A DNA stretch of 64,000 nucleotides from a bacterium. Lineage in GTDB: Bacteria; Patescibacteriota; Dojkabacteria; JAKAPS01; JAJZLI01. A program made the position numbers and the translations under genes. The stretch spans positions 37,884-101,883 of the forward strand of contig DAIDGT010000001.1 in NCBI GenBank assembly GCA_027459825.1, in the 5' to 3' direction. Below are positions 9,553 through 19,401 of the stretch, one piece after another (the stretch's first letter is position 1; each line of letters begins with the position of its first letter). Under the pieces are notes generated by a model. That model was given only the letters and a program-made list of their open reading frames with translations, had not been told where the DNA came from and did not search any database.

Positions 9553-11103
9553 TCAAATATATGGTGTTATATTTTTATTCCAAATAAGAATAGTATCTTC
9601 TCCGAAATGATAAATTTGAGCAGGTTTCCCAATAGAATCAACTGCAAAAATCCTAAAATCACTACTATTTTTATCATAAACAATAAAATTTGCATAATGC
9701 GTACCATACCAGGTACGAGAAGATATCCATAGGTAGGGTACAAGAATTTTATTATTTAAAGAAGGAACAACTGCTCTAACCTTAATAGAGGAGTTAGTCT
9801 CAACTGTAATAATAGAAGAATTCCAATAGTAACCATAACCATAGTTTAAATGATGATTTAAAAGAAAATCAGCAACTTTAATATTTGATTCATTCAATAA
9901 ATTTTTTTGACTCAAAGATGAATCGTGGTAAAAGATAGCTAAAAAGATAAAAAATACTGAAAATAGAATAACATAAATATAACCTTTTAAATGTTTAATA
10001 TTTCCTATTGACCTTGCAACAACAATAGATCCAAATATGATTACGGGAAATAAGTATCTTGCAGAAGAAGTATTACTGACTGCAAAATTACTAAAAATAA
10101 ATGCAAGTATATCAATACCTATACCAATAGAGAGAATATAGTTTATACCATCAGTGCTACTCTTATATTTCTTTAAAGATACATATGAAAAAAACAATAC
10201 AAGGAAAAGTACACCTAAATGTAAAATAGCTTCCCATGCCTGATGAGAAAAAAGTCCCTGGCCCATAAAATTAGCTCCAAAGATATATAATAAATTAAGA
10301 ATTAATGTCTGCACATGGGACAATATTTCAGAAAAAGTTGCAAACTGATAAACCAAGGAAGATATAGTATATCCACCAATCATAGGGATTGAATACCTTA
10401 GGAGTTCAGCCACAGCAAATGTTATTAATATAAATACCAAAGACAATACATATACACTACGAGTCTCTGCGCTATAAAGAGTATCCCTAATTTTTAAAAT
10501 AAGAAAAATGAAATAGGGTATCGAAAATATCCAGATTATAAAGGGGTCAGAGAATAATGCAAGAAATAAAAATAGACAAGAAATAAGTAAATATTTTCTT
10601 TTTTTATCATCAATGTATTTAATCAAAAAGTATAGAGACAATAGTCCTTCTAAAATAGATCCTATATGTACAAAACCTTGAAGAAAAGACGTTAAGGTAA
10701 ATAAAGGTAGCATACCTATTATTATAAAAACAGAAAAAAGAGAGATAACCTTATGCAATGTCTTGCGTAATGCAAGCAAGATACAAGTAAAAATAATTAA
10801 TAGATAAATAATGATTGGAACTAAGTGAGAGAGTAATACCTGGTTTTTCAAAAAAGAACCAATAAATAAATAAAGAGGTAAATCTGATAATACAAAATTA
10901 TCAGGAGAAAGTGTCCATCCATGTAATAGAATATTACCATGAAGTATGGAAGTAACTTCTACTACACCTTGAACAACATCAGAATTTAGACTTACATGAA
11001 AGGAGTACCTTATATATAAAAATATAAAAAATGCAGAAACAACAAAAGATAGAACAATTAATAAAATTTTATGTTTTCGACCTGCAATGAAGTTAGAGCT
11101 CAT
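9553..11103 (-). CDS. Polytopic membrane protein, probable GT-C-fold glycosyltransferase
   Basis: Eleven or more TM segments; acidic first loop (LNSD...GNILLHGW..S.D....DLP); RYLFP motif; soluble C-terminal domain (YGYGYYWNS). Confidence 0.5.
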   Translation of the reverse strand: MSSNFIAGRKHKILLIVLSFVVSAFFIFLYIRYSFHVSLNSDVVQGVVEVTSILHGNILLHGWTLSPDNFVLSDLPLYLFIGSFLKNQVLLSHLVPIIIYLLIIFTCILLALRKTLHKVISLFSVFIIIGMLPLFTLTSFLQGFVHIGSILEGLLSLYFLIKYIDDKKRKYLLISCLFLFLALFSDPFIIWIFSIPYFIFLILKIRDTLYSAETRSVYVLSLVFILITFAVAELLRYSIPMIGGYTISSLVYQFATFSEILSHVQTLILNLLYIFGANFMGQGLFSHQAWEAILHLGVLFLVLFFSYVSLKKYKSSTDGINYILSIGIGIDILAFIFSNFAVSNTSSARYLFPVIIFGSIVVARSIGNIKHLKGYIYVILFSVFFIFLAIFYHDSSLSQKNLLNESNIKVADFLLNHHLNYGYGYYWNSSIITVETNSSIKVRAVVPSLNNKILVPYLWISSRTWYGTHYANFIVYDKNSSDFRIFAVDSIGKPAQIYHFGEDTILIWNKNITPYI

Positions 11104-11134
11104 AATTTGATTGCATGATTATAACATATATGAA

Positions 11135-11143
11135 TGCTATAAT
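11135..11143 (+). promoter_or_regulatory. Extended -10 promoter (TGcTATAAT) 8 nt upstream of the sortase ATG
   Basis: tgctataat-aatttatc-ATG(11152). Confidence 0.55.
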
Positions 11144-11151
11144 AATTTATC

Positions 11152-11901
11152 ATGGCACGATACATGTATGTCAAAAAAGGTATCAGTATAAATAAAAAAA
11201 TACCTATTAAGTTAAAAGAAACTCAAAGGGTGAATTACAAAAAAATTAAATTCCATCCTAATTATGGATCAATATTTTTAGTAGTTGTAGGAATTATTAC
11301 CATAACAATAGCATTATCTCCAGAAATCAAATATGTTATAAATAATGTTGTTTTCCATAAATATAAAAATGTAATAGTCAAAGCAGATCCTTCTGCCTCA
11401 TATTTTGAAAAAATTATTAATGCACAACATTCTCAAAATGCAGCAGAGTATAATGGAACTTTTCAAATATCAATTCCTGCAATATCACTGTCCAATATTC
11501 CTGTTAAAGCAAATGTAGATGGGTTTAATACACAGGCTTACGAGACAGTGCTAACTAGTTCACTAGCCCAAATGAAAGGAACAGCACTACCTGGAGAAGT
11601 AGGTAATGTGTACATATATGGACATAGTGCCCCACAATGGTTTGCAGATTTGTACCCAAGTTCCTTCCTTGGAATATTTACAAATATATTAAAACTACAA
11701 AATGGACAATTAATATATATAAAATATAAAGGCATAGTATATAAATATTCAATAGTACAAGAAAGTGTTATTTCACCTACTGATATATCAGTACTTGAGT
11801 CTCCTCCAGGTAAAAAGTATTTGACACTTATGACATGCATACCTCCAGGAATAGGAACACAAAGGTATATAATAAAAGCTATACAAATTTCAGCATCTTA
11901 A
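11152..11901 (+). CDS. Sortase-family transpeptidase
   Basis: N-terminal TM anchor; GTALPGEVGNVYIYGHS (catalytic His), LTLMTC (Cys), GTQRYII (Arg). Confidence 0.92.
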   Translation: MARYMYVKKGISINKKIPIKLKETQRVNYKKIKFHPNYGSIFLVVVGIITITIALSPEIKYVINNVVFHKYKNVIVKADPSASYFEKIINAQHSQNAAEYNGTFQISIPAISLSNIPVKANVDGFNTQAYETVLTSSLAQMKGTALPGEVGNVYIYGHSAPQWFADLYPSSFLGIFTNILKLQNGQLIYIKYKGIVYKYSIVQESVISPTDISVLESPPGKKYLTLMTCIPPGIGTQRYIIKAIQISAS

Positions 11902-13520
11902 ATAAATAATTTTTTCTCAAATTCAAAGGCAAAATGCTTAATACGGGTATGTATGTCGTTATACAACATCAGTGATGAACCTATAGGCAAATTAGTTAAA
12001 ATTCTTAATTCTTCAGATGAAAGTGATAATGCATGAGATAGTTTTTCAAAATTTATCTTATCCTGTTTTAATAAAATTTTTAGAGAGGTATTAGCAATAA
12101 TAGATCTACCTTTATCAGTATCAATAACATCACCAATATCTTGAGTAATATAACAAAACCCCATACTGTACTTCCTTGCTCTTTTCGTTAGAGACTTCAA
12201 ATTGTTTAAAAGTTCAGAATTATCAAATAACCTATGAGCCTCATCTATAAAGACCTGTCTTTTCACAGAAAAGTCCTTTAACTTCCAAAGATAATTTAAA
12301 ATTACATACATCATTAATGGAATATTATCATCAGTTAAATCAGAAATATCAAAGACAATTAAATTATCTCTTTTATTTATATCAATATTAGTTTTCTTAG
12401 AATACAAATGTGACAGAGAACCCTTAGCAATTGGGAAAATTTCATCAGCCATAATGCTTTTAAAATCTTTTAAAATGTTGTATAAGTCAAAAAAAGTGGG
12501 AAAATTTACTTCTCTGAAAAGTTTCAATAAGGCTTTATCTAAGATATTTTTATCAAACCTAGTGCAATACTTTTTTAAAAAACCTTCTATAAAAGATATT
12601 TTATCTTCAATACTTTCATCTTGGGATAAGTCCAATGGATTAATGGTATAGTTATTATTACCTTTAAATTTGCTAGAAAACTTTACTAACTTTCCATCCA
12701 AAGACTTACAAAGCTTCACATATTCACCTTCAGGATCAATAACAATTACCTTGATACCTTTTGATATCATTCTCACAATAGTAGCTTTTGCAAGAAAACT
12801 CTTACCAGCCCCAGATTTTGCAAAAATTACACTATTATAATTTTCAAGCTTAAAAATATCTAAAATACATAAAGCCTTCGACAAAACATTTTCTCCATAT
12901 AATATTCCATCATAGTCACATCGATTACCTACAGACAAAAAATTTAAAGCCGACAGTGATTGAGATTCATATACCATACCAGGATATTTAGAATATGTAG
13001 CAAGGGGAAGAGAATAAAGAAAACCTTCTACATGGTTTAGATCCAATTGATGTACAGTAAATCCTTTTGACTCTGCAAGCATTTGAATATTATTAGATAG
13101 TACATTTAATTTACTTAAATTACGATTAAATAAGGTTATGTATGATGCCATTAAAAAACCTTTAGAATTTCCAGAAATCAATGAATATGAAAAATCTTCT
13201 AATTTTGCAATTTCCATATCCAAAGAGGAATCCCTCAATCTTCCCTTTGAAAAGTCAGAGTGACGCTTAGCACTCAACGCAGCAATTCTATTTTTAATAG
13301 CAATTAGAACAGAAGGCTTCTCCAAAGGCGTAATCATTTGAGAGCATAATACATTACCACCTGAAAATACAAAATCCAAAAGACAAAACGGAATTACTTC
13401 TGATGGAAAATCATAAAATATAAGAGTTATGTAATATACGTCATTTATTTTTACAAACTTATATTTTTCTATAATACTTAATGGGAATATTTTAGTAATA
13501 TTTTGTTTAATATTTATCAT
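11898..13520 (-). CDS. VirB4-like ATPase (module 2)
   Basis: GILYGEN, NYNSVIFAKSGAGKS (Walker A), VIDPEGEY, INPLD, VFIDEAH (Walker B), KRARKY, ITQD; paralog of 17389..19401. Confidence 0.9.
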   Translation of the reverse strand: MINIKQNITKIFPLSIIEKYKFVKINDVYYITLIFYDFPSEVIPFCLLDFVFSGGNVLCSQMITPLEKPSVLIAIKNRIAALSAKRHSDFSKGRLRDSSLDMEIAKLEDFSYSLISGNSKGFLMASYITLFNRNLSKLNVLSNNIQMLAESKGFTVHQLDLNHVEGFLYSLPLATYSKYPGMVYESQSLSALNFLSVGNRCDYDGILYGENVLSKALCILDIFKLENYNSVIFAKSGAGKSFLAKATIVRMISKGIKVIVIDPEGEYVKLCKSLDGKLVKFSSKFKGNNNYTINPLDLSQDESIEDKISFIEGFLKKYCTRFDKNILDKALLKLFREVNFPTFFDLYNILKDFKSIMADEIFPIAKGSLSHLYSKKTNIDINKRDNLIVFDISDLTDDNIPLMMYVILNYLWKLKDFSVKRQVFIDEAHRLFDNSELLNNLKSLTKRARKYSMGFCYITQDIGDVIDTDKGRSIIANTSLKILLKQDKINFEKLSHALSLSSEELRILTNLPIGSSLMLYNDIHTRIKHFAFEFEKKLFI

Positions 13521-14041
13521 ATATTTAAATAAATGGATGAAAAAACCATTTCTATTTCATCATAGTTATTAATAAATTTATGATCAAATCCAAAGTGAAT
13601 AAAAAGATATTCCAACTGAGTGTCATAACTTGTAACTAATTTTTTAATACCTAAAAATTCATTAGAAAAAATTAAGGATTTTCTTTTACTCTCAAATATA
13701 TAACTTACAAAGTACCTTTGTTCATAAATTTCTGAAAATAATGAAGTTGCCTTTATTTCACTTTCATACAGTAATTTCAGTTTTTCATTTTCTATATTTC
13801 TAACATATTTAAGAACACTATCTTTAGAGGTTATTAAATTACAAACAGATAATTTTATTTGCAAATTAAGACCTAAAAGGAACTCTTCATACTTTTTTAT
13901 GAAATTTTCTTTCAGTGAATCTTCTAAAAACGATACATCTGTAGGAAATACTTCCACTAATCTTGCATAAAAAGAATTTTTTAAAATTACAATACCATCT
14001 TTAATTCCAATAATAGGAAGAAAGCTACTTGTACTCTTCAT
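13517..14041 (-). CDS. VirB4-associated small protein (paralog of 19398..20084); likely start ATG 14041
   Basis: MKSTSSFLPIIGIKDGIVILKN aligns with ATTQAHLDIEEIKDDLLVLKN; same position directly upstream of VirB4. Confidence 0.7.
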   Translation of the reverse strand: MKSTSSFLPIIGIKDGIVILKNSFYARLVEVFPTDVSFLEDSLKENFIKKYEEFLLGLNLQIKLSVCNLITSKDSVLKYVRNIENEKLKLLYESEIKATSLFSEIYEQRYFVSYIFESKRKSLIFSNEFLGIKKLVTSYDTQLEYLFIHFGFDHKFINNYDEIEMVFSSIYLNI

Positions 14042-14336
14042 AAGGGATACTAATGTAATACAATATAAATGAAAATTTTCTTTCTCTAACAAAGAATTTC
14101 ACAAAATCAAAAAACCAAATAATAATAATTCTCCCCTTAACTTGTTGCTTAAATAAAAAATACAGGGAGACAAGAGTGAGTGAAAGTAAAAATACCTTGA
14201 CTTTTAGATTTATATGAATAAAGAGAATCAAAATGATATTAAACACGATAGATAAAACAATCCAGTAAAAATCATATGATAAGATAACATAATTATTCTT
14301 CAAACTCTTAAATTTTAATACTTTAACTTTTTTCAT
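14025..14336 (-). CDS. PrgI/VirB3-like two-TM protein (module 2)
   Basis: Two TM helices, then GRIIIIWFFDFVKF, which resembles DDRPLDEWITNFLI of the module-1 PrgI; syntenic position. Confidence 0.55.
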   Translation of the reverse strand: MKKVKVLKFKSLKNNYVILSYDFYWIVLSIVFNIILILFIHINLKVKVFLLSLTLVSLYFLFKQQVKGRIIIIWFFDFVKFFVRERKFSFILYYISIPYEEYK

Positions 14337-15306
14337 TATGCTCTAAAAATTTTTGTATTGTACTATATATGTTCCATCTTAAACGATCAGATAAATTTTG
14401 TACTGGAGTATGTAGACTTCCACTAAAAATAAAAGGTATCAAAGATAAGGCATATAAAGTTATGATACCTAATAGAAACTGGGGAATTCCTGTTATAGAG
14501 GTACTATTTACAATCAAAACAAATATGGAAATTCCTATAAGAAATGCAGGTTGGATAAATAAAAGTTCTATGATTTTTAATGTTATAGATCTAAACATTC
14601 CCTGAAAGATAGGAAATAAAGAAAAGATTATAAATATTGGAAATAATAATATTAAAATCCAAAGCAATATAAATCTCACAATAAATTCTAAGGAAAAAAT
14701 AAATAATGCCAAAATTAAGGCAATATATAAAATAACCTTTATAACATTTTCAAATAAACCAAATATAGAAAATTGGGTAAAGTGACCTAATATAAGAGTA
14801 AACAAATTTCCAGAAGATACACCTATTAAATTTGTGATGATAAATTTATCTAAAACATTAACAAAGGTTATTAGGTAAGATAGAATATATGGAGAAAGTA
14901 AAATTAAAAAAATAGCAAAAATAGTGTTAACTAATAAATCATGCATAGATACACCACTCCGACCAACAGATGCTTCACCAATGTACAGCATAATACATAT
15001 AAAAAGAAATACAGGTACTAATGAGATAGCAATATATTCTGTACCATCCTTATACTCCTTATATGCAATACCACCAAATTTTGTATTTGGATCTGACCTA
15101 CTATTCAAGATATTGGGAGTAAATTCTACAAACTGATTTATAGTAAATCCAAATGAACAGAGTATGTTTTGAATTGAATAAAGTATATTATTTTGATTGC
15201 AATTTGTACTAAAATTAGTACCATTGCTTTCCTTAGCATAAACAGGAGAAGATACAAAGTACAATATTGCAAAAATTGTAATAATACTAACTAGGAATAA
15301 GCGCAT
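14323..15306 (-). CDS. VirB6/TrbL-like polytopic membrane protein; likely start 15306
   Basis: Signal peptide (SPVYA|KE); about six or seven TMs; VRFILLWILILLFPIF..FSLFP and IELLFIQPA resemble the VirB6 core; lies between the pilin and PrgI/VirB4 genes. Confidence 0.65.
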   Translation of the reverse strand: MRLFLVSIITIFAILYFVSSPVYAKESNGTNFSTNCNQNNILYSIQNILCSFGFTINQFVEFTPNILNSRSDPNTKFGGIAYKEYKDGTEYIAISLVPVFLFICIMLYIGEASVGRSGVSMHDLLVNTIFAIFLILLSPYILSYLITFVNVLDKFIITNLIGVSSGNLFTLILGHFTQFSIFGLFENVIKVILYIALILALFIFSLEFIVRFILLWILILLFPIFIIFSLFPIFQGMFRSITLKIIELLFIQPAFLIGISIFVLIVNSTSITGIPQFLLGIITLYALSLIPFIFSGSLHTPVQNLSDRLRWNIYSTIQKFLEHNEKS

Positions 15307-15550
15307 GCAAAAAATGACTAAAATTTTGAGCACCAAATATTATAAAAAGTCCCACTAATACCCATATGATTTTAGTTCCAAGCCTAGATCTTTCCTGAGG
15401 GTTATTAGAATACATAATAAATTGTATCCCAAGAAATATAACAATAAGTACTAGGACTGATTGAACAATAGTTATAATTACAGAAGTAATATTACCAACA
15501 AATTGTGACAAATTTGGTACTTGCTCCATACTGGGTACAATATTAAACAA
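15287..15550 (-). CDS. VirB2/TrbC-like pilin
   Basis: Two hydrophobic helices joined by GIQFIMYSNNPQERSRLGTKIIWVLVGL, the TrbC/VirB2 pattern. Start uncertain (TTG 15550 or ATG 15529). Confidence 0.7.
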   Translation of the reverse strand: MFNIVPSMEQVPNLSQFVGNITSVIITIVQSVLVLIVIFLGIQFIMYSNNPQERSRLGTKIIWVLVGLFIIFGAQNFSHFLHALIPS

Positions 15551-15567
15551 GTATCAAAAGTAATGCA

Positions 15568-15583
15568 TTGCCATGCATGGCAA
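15568..15583. promoter_or_regulatory. Perfect 16-bp palindrome TTGCCATGCATGGCAA, candidate operator
   Basis: Self-complementary and GC-rich within an AT-rich spacer between the divergent pilin and abiEi genes. Confidence 0.45.
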
Positions 15584-15600
15584 ATTTATTTATAAAATAC

Positions 15601-15648
15601 TTGACAAAAACATAATTTTATTCTAGAATTACCAATATATGATTGGTA
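15601..15648 (+). promoter_or_regulatory. abiE promoter (TTGACA-17-TAGAAT) with inverted repeat TACCAAT-N5-ATTGGTA over the predicted start site
   Basis: TTGACA 15601-15606, TAGAAT 15624-15629, IR 15630-15648. AbiEi proteins are known to autorepress through promoter inverted repeats. Confidence 0.65.
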
Positions 15649-16286
15649 TATGTGGAATAAAATCAATGGAAAAACTGGAGAATCTACCATATTTCAACAA
15701 GCATTCCTCTAAGGAGTTAATCGGGAAAACTGGCAGGAACCTTGATGCAAAGATACTTCAACTTACAAAAAAAGGATATTTCGTTCCACTAAAAAATGGG
15801 GTATATACATCTTCTGTATTTTATAATTTACAAGATAACAAGGGAGGGTATCTGGAATTCCTATCAAACGTATTAAGATACCCCTCATATATTTCATTGG
15901 AATACGTATTATATCTAAACGGAGCAATACCGGATGCAGTTCAGTCAATTACTGCAGTATCAATAAAAACTCCACGGGTATACAAGAATAAATTAGGGAT
16001 CTTTATATATAGAAATATAAAAGAAGACCTTTTTACAGGATTTACAATCAATAAAACAGGGACATTCAATATAAAGACAGCAACAAAAAGCAAAGCATTA
16101 TTTGATTATCTATACCTAAAAAGAGATATTTCACAAAATTTGAAATATGAAATAGAAGAAGGAATGCGAATAAATTGGGATATATTCTCAAAAAAGGACT
16201 TAATAGAATTTTATACTTATTGCAAAATTGCAAATTCAAACAAGATGAATAAAATTTATAAGATAATGCAAAGCATCATCATATGA
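15639..16286 (+). CDS. Type IV TA antitoxin, AbiEi-like (start may be 15666)
   Basis: N-terminal wHTH-like region (LKNGVY), PSYISLEYVL..NGAIPD, ATKSKALFDYLY; ATGA overlap with the toxin gene. Confidence 0.85.
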   Translation: MIGICGIKSMEKLENLPYFNKHSSKELIGKTGRNLDAKILQLTKKGYFVPLKNGVYTSSVFYNLQDNKGGYLEFLSNVLRYPSYISLEYVLYLNGAIPDAVQSITAVSIKTPRVYKNKLGIFIYRNIKEDLFTGFTINKTGTFNIKTATKSKALFDYLYLKRDISQNLKYEIEEGMRINWDIFSKKDLIEFYTYCKIANSNKMNKIYKIMQSIII

Positions 16287-17329
16287 TATTGGAAAACTTG
16301 AAACAAATAGTAGACAAAAATAAAAATATAGAATCTCCCTTATATCTTAGAAATTTATTAAAAGAAAGTTTACAGTTGTATGTACTTAACTACATTTACA
16401 CTTCAAAATATGGAAGTAATTTTCTATTTACAGGAGGAACCTGCTTGAGAATATGCTTTGATCTTCCCAGATTATCAGAAGACTTAGACTTTGATTTAAT
16501 AGACATAACACAATTCAATGTGTATGAATTTGAAAAAGATATACAAGATTACTTTAGAAAGACTCTTCAATATAAAGATATTACAACCAAGATTTCTAAG
16601 GGGGAGAGAACAATGTTCCTAAAATTCCCTATATTAGAAAAATTAGGAGTAAACAATAATCCTGCAGAGACTAATATTTTATTCCTGAGAATAGATATTA
16701 CTCCTATGGCTTCAACGGTATACACAAAAGAATTGTCTATAAAGAGCACCCATGATTTTAGTTTTCTAATAAATAGATACTCTCTAAAAGATTTATTCGC
16801 TTCAAAAATTGCAGCAATTATAAGAAGAGTGTTTGTAAAAGGAAAAAGAGATACTCCTTTTAAGGCAAGAGATTACTTTGACCTCATATGGTTTATGGAA
16901 AAGAGGATATACCCAGACTACCAAAGAATAGGGGATCTTCTTAAAATATATTCAAAAGATGAAATTCTACAATTATTAAATAATAAAGTTGAAAATATAA
17001 ATATATCCCACTTAAAGGAGGATTTATCTCCATTTATAAAAGACCAGGAATTTGCATCAAATTTTGCAGAAAAATATAAAGCGCTTTACTCAACCCTAAC
17101 CACTACAAGGATAGATTATTCCAAAGTGGATGCACTTAGCCACACCCCTGTATACCTAGAACTTGAGGATTTAAGTAGAAAATATCCGCAATATGAAAAA
17201 ATATTTTCCAAAGCTTTGCATGAAGAAGCTGTCCCTAATATAAAAGTAATGATGCAGATATTATTAAAAAATGCTAAGGGGCTTGGAGATAAAGAATTAT
17301 TAAATGACCTCCAGGAAATTAGAATGTAG
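16283..17329 (+). CDS. Type IV TA toxin, AbiEii nucleotidyltransferase
   Basis: FTGGTCLRICFDLPRLSEDLDF, LFASKIAA and KARDYFDL motifs. Confidence 0.92.
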   Translation: MILENLKQIVDKNKNIESPLYLRNLLKESLQLYVLNYIYTSKYGSNFLFTGGTCLRICFDLPRLSEDLDFDLIDITQFNVYEFEKDIQDYFRKTLQYKDITTKISKGERTMFLKFPILEKLGVNNNPAETNILFLRIDITPMASTVYTKELSIKSTHDFSFLINRYSLKDLFASKIAAIIRRVFVKGKRDTPFKARDYFDLIWFMEKRIYPDYQRIGDLLKIYSKDEILQLLNNKVENINISHLKEDLSPFIKDQEFASNFAEKYKALYSTLTTTRIDYSKVDALSHTPVYLELEDLSRKYPQYEKIFSKALHEEAVPNIKVMMQILLKNAKGLGDKELLNDLQEIRM

Positions 17330-17388
17330 ATAAATCCATTTCACAATATACCCATTACATGGGGTGTTTAGGAAATAGACTCAATAAT

Positions 17389-19401
17389 TCAAGAAACTAT
17401 GTCTTGAGAATTAGATTGTACATTATTATTATCTTCTGGATTAGTCTGAGTATCATTATTACCAATTACTCCCTCAGTAGAATTGCCATTTGTAACAGTA
17501 TTAGGAACAATACGATCTAAAGATGATGCTTCAGGATTTTCTCTCATTTTTAAAATTTCTTCAGGATTTGTTGTTATTAGTTTATGTTCATATTCACTAG
17601 ATAAGACCTGTATAGCGACATGATTTGCTCCAACAAAGAATATTCCTTCTCCAATCTCAGCAGAGAGTAGTAAACTCTTTTCTCCTTCTGATAAGAAAAA
17701 GACTTCAGATAGACGATCTATTGCAGAAGGAGATTGCCTTAACAGAATTTGTATAGAAGAGTTTGTTACTACAGCTTTTCCATAATCATTTGAAAGAAAG
17801 TCATCTACATCTTGAGACACAGTAGTAAGACCTAAGTAATATTTTCTTGCTCTTTTTGCAACGGCATACACAAACTGAGCACTATCAGGATATTGCATCA
17901 GAATCCATGCTTCATCAATGATAAAAATTCTCTTTCTAAGATCTTTTTTTACTCTAGTCCAGATAAAATCGAGCATTAAAAACATAGCAATTGGCCTTAG
18001 TTCATCTGAAAGATCCCTTATACTAAAAACAGTAAAATCATTATCAAGATTTACTGTTGTATGGGTATCAAATATACCAGAAGCAGAACCTTTAATATAT
18101 TTTTCAAGCCTTGTAGCCAATTCATGAGCTTCGGGCTCCTCCATGGATTGTAAAACTTTGTACAAATCCTCCATTAGAGGAGGATCCTTTACCTGGGTAT
18201 CAGGATCAAAAGTAATCCCTTTATCTCTATAAGTTAATATCAAAGCTTTATCTAGAATAGCATCCTCTATACTAGAAAGCCCACCTTCATTTCCAAGCAT
18301 TACCTTAAAGAGACCATGTAAGGAAAGTATCTTAAACCTAAGTTCATCTTCTCCTTCCTCATAAACTCCAGATAAGTCAAAAGGATTTATTTTATCCCTA
18401 CCATCCTGTGTAAATGAAATATATAGTCCATTTAAAGCCTTACATAAAGTTTCATATTCATTTTCAGGATCAATAATTATAATCTGAGTACCAAGCATCA
18501 AAGATCTCAAAGCTTCTAGCTTTACAAGATAACTTTTACCTGAACCAGATTTAGCGAAAACAACCGAGTTTGCATTCTCTAGATCAAATCTGTCAAACAC
18601 TACTAAACTCTTATTAGCTTTATTAATACCATAAAGCACGCCTCTATCAGAAGTAAGCTCAGAGGAAACAAAAGGGAATGTAGTTGCTATGGAAGTAGTA
18701 TCCATGTTATGGGTATAGTAAAGTTTATCATACCCTTCGGGGAGAGTTGATTGAAAACCACCTTCCATCTGTAAAGTTGTTGGCTTAATTATAAGGGACA
18801 TTGCACCTAAAGTTGATTCTAGATTTTTTGATATGTCATCCAACTCTTCTAATGTATCTGCCCTAACAGTTACATATAATGCAAAATGGAAGTATCGCTC
18901 AGCTCCTTTAGCTAGATTATCCTGTAAATTTTTAGCATCTTCTAAAGTAACTTTAATTGTAGGATCCAATACCCTGCCAGACTCAATCATAGTATTAGTT
19001 GTAGCTTCAAGCTCTGCAATCTTTTTTCTAAGTTGTCCTAATACCTCTTTAGCATCAATAGGATAATAAAACATACTAATATCGATAGAATGCTCAAACG
19101 TAATTAATGGAGATAACCAATTTGGAGTTACATACCGAGGATATGCGAGAGCAAAATATGTTCTAAAAAATTTATCTCCAATTTTAATGTTAGAAAAATC
19201 GACTTCGATAGAAGGAGGAGCAATAATATCCTTTATTGAATTTATTCCCATTCCAAACACTTCAAAAGCAGAATTAGTATTAGAAGTTGTTCCCTGTTCT
19301 GATCCCGTAGACTTAGAAGGTACTGAATTAGAATTTTCAACACCACTATCACTTGAGCTAACATTTTTATTAGATTGTCTAGAAAAAAACGGGATCTTCA
19401 T
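17389..19401 (-). CDS. VirB4-like ATPase (module 1)
   Basis: GVLYGIN, NANSVVFAKSGSGKSYLVK, IIDPENEY, INPFD, IIDEAW, KRARKYYLG, VSQDVDD. Confidence 0.93.
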   Translation of the reverse strand: MKIPFFSRQSNKNVSSSDSGVENSNSVPSKSTGSEQGTTSNTNSAFEVFGMGINSIKDIIAPPSIEVDFSNIKIGDKFFRTYFALAYPRYVTPNWLSPLITFEHSIDISMFYYPIDAKEVLGQLRKKIAELEATTNTMIESGRVLDPTIKVTLEDAKNLQDNLAKGAERYFHFALYVTVRADTLEELDDISKNLESTLGAMSLIIKPTTLQMEGGFQSTLPEGYDKLYYTHNMDTTSIATTFPFVSSELTSDRGVLYGINKANKSLVVFDRFDLENANSVVFAKSGSGKSYLVKLEALRSLMLGTQIIIIDPENEYETLCKALNGLYISFTQDGRDKINPFDLSGVYEEGEDELRFKILSLHGLFKVMLGNEGGLSSIEDAILDKALILTYRDKGITFDPDTQVKDPPLMEDLYKVLQSMEEPEAHELATRLEKYIKGSASGIFDTHTTVNLDNDFTVFSIRDLSDELRPIAMFLMLDFIWTRVKKDLRKRIFIIDEAWILMQYPDSAQFVYAVAKRARKYYLGLTTVSQDVDDFLSNDYGKAVVTNSSIQILLRQSPSAIDRLSEVFFLSEGEKSLLLSAEIGEGIFFVGANHVAIQVLSSEYEHKLITTNPEEILKMRENPEASSLDRIVPNTVTNGNSTEGVIGNNDTQTNPEDNNNVQSNSQDIVS

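Noticed and set aside
15551-15568. Alternative genetic code (TGA=Gly, code 25) suggested by the in-frame TGA before the pilin
   Set aside because: TGA is a real stop in several ATGA gene overlaps (6801-6804, 16283-16286, 47541-47544), and long genes contain no internal TGA.
17345-17370. Hairpin cccat-tac-atggg between convergent abiEii and virB4
   Set aside because: The stem is only about 5 bp with no clear U-tract, too weak to call a terminator.
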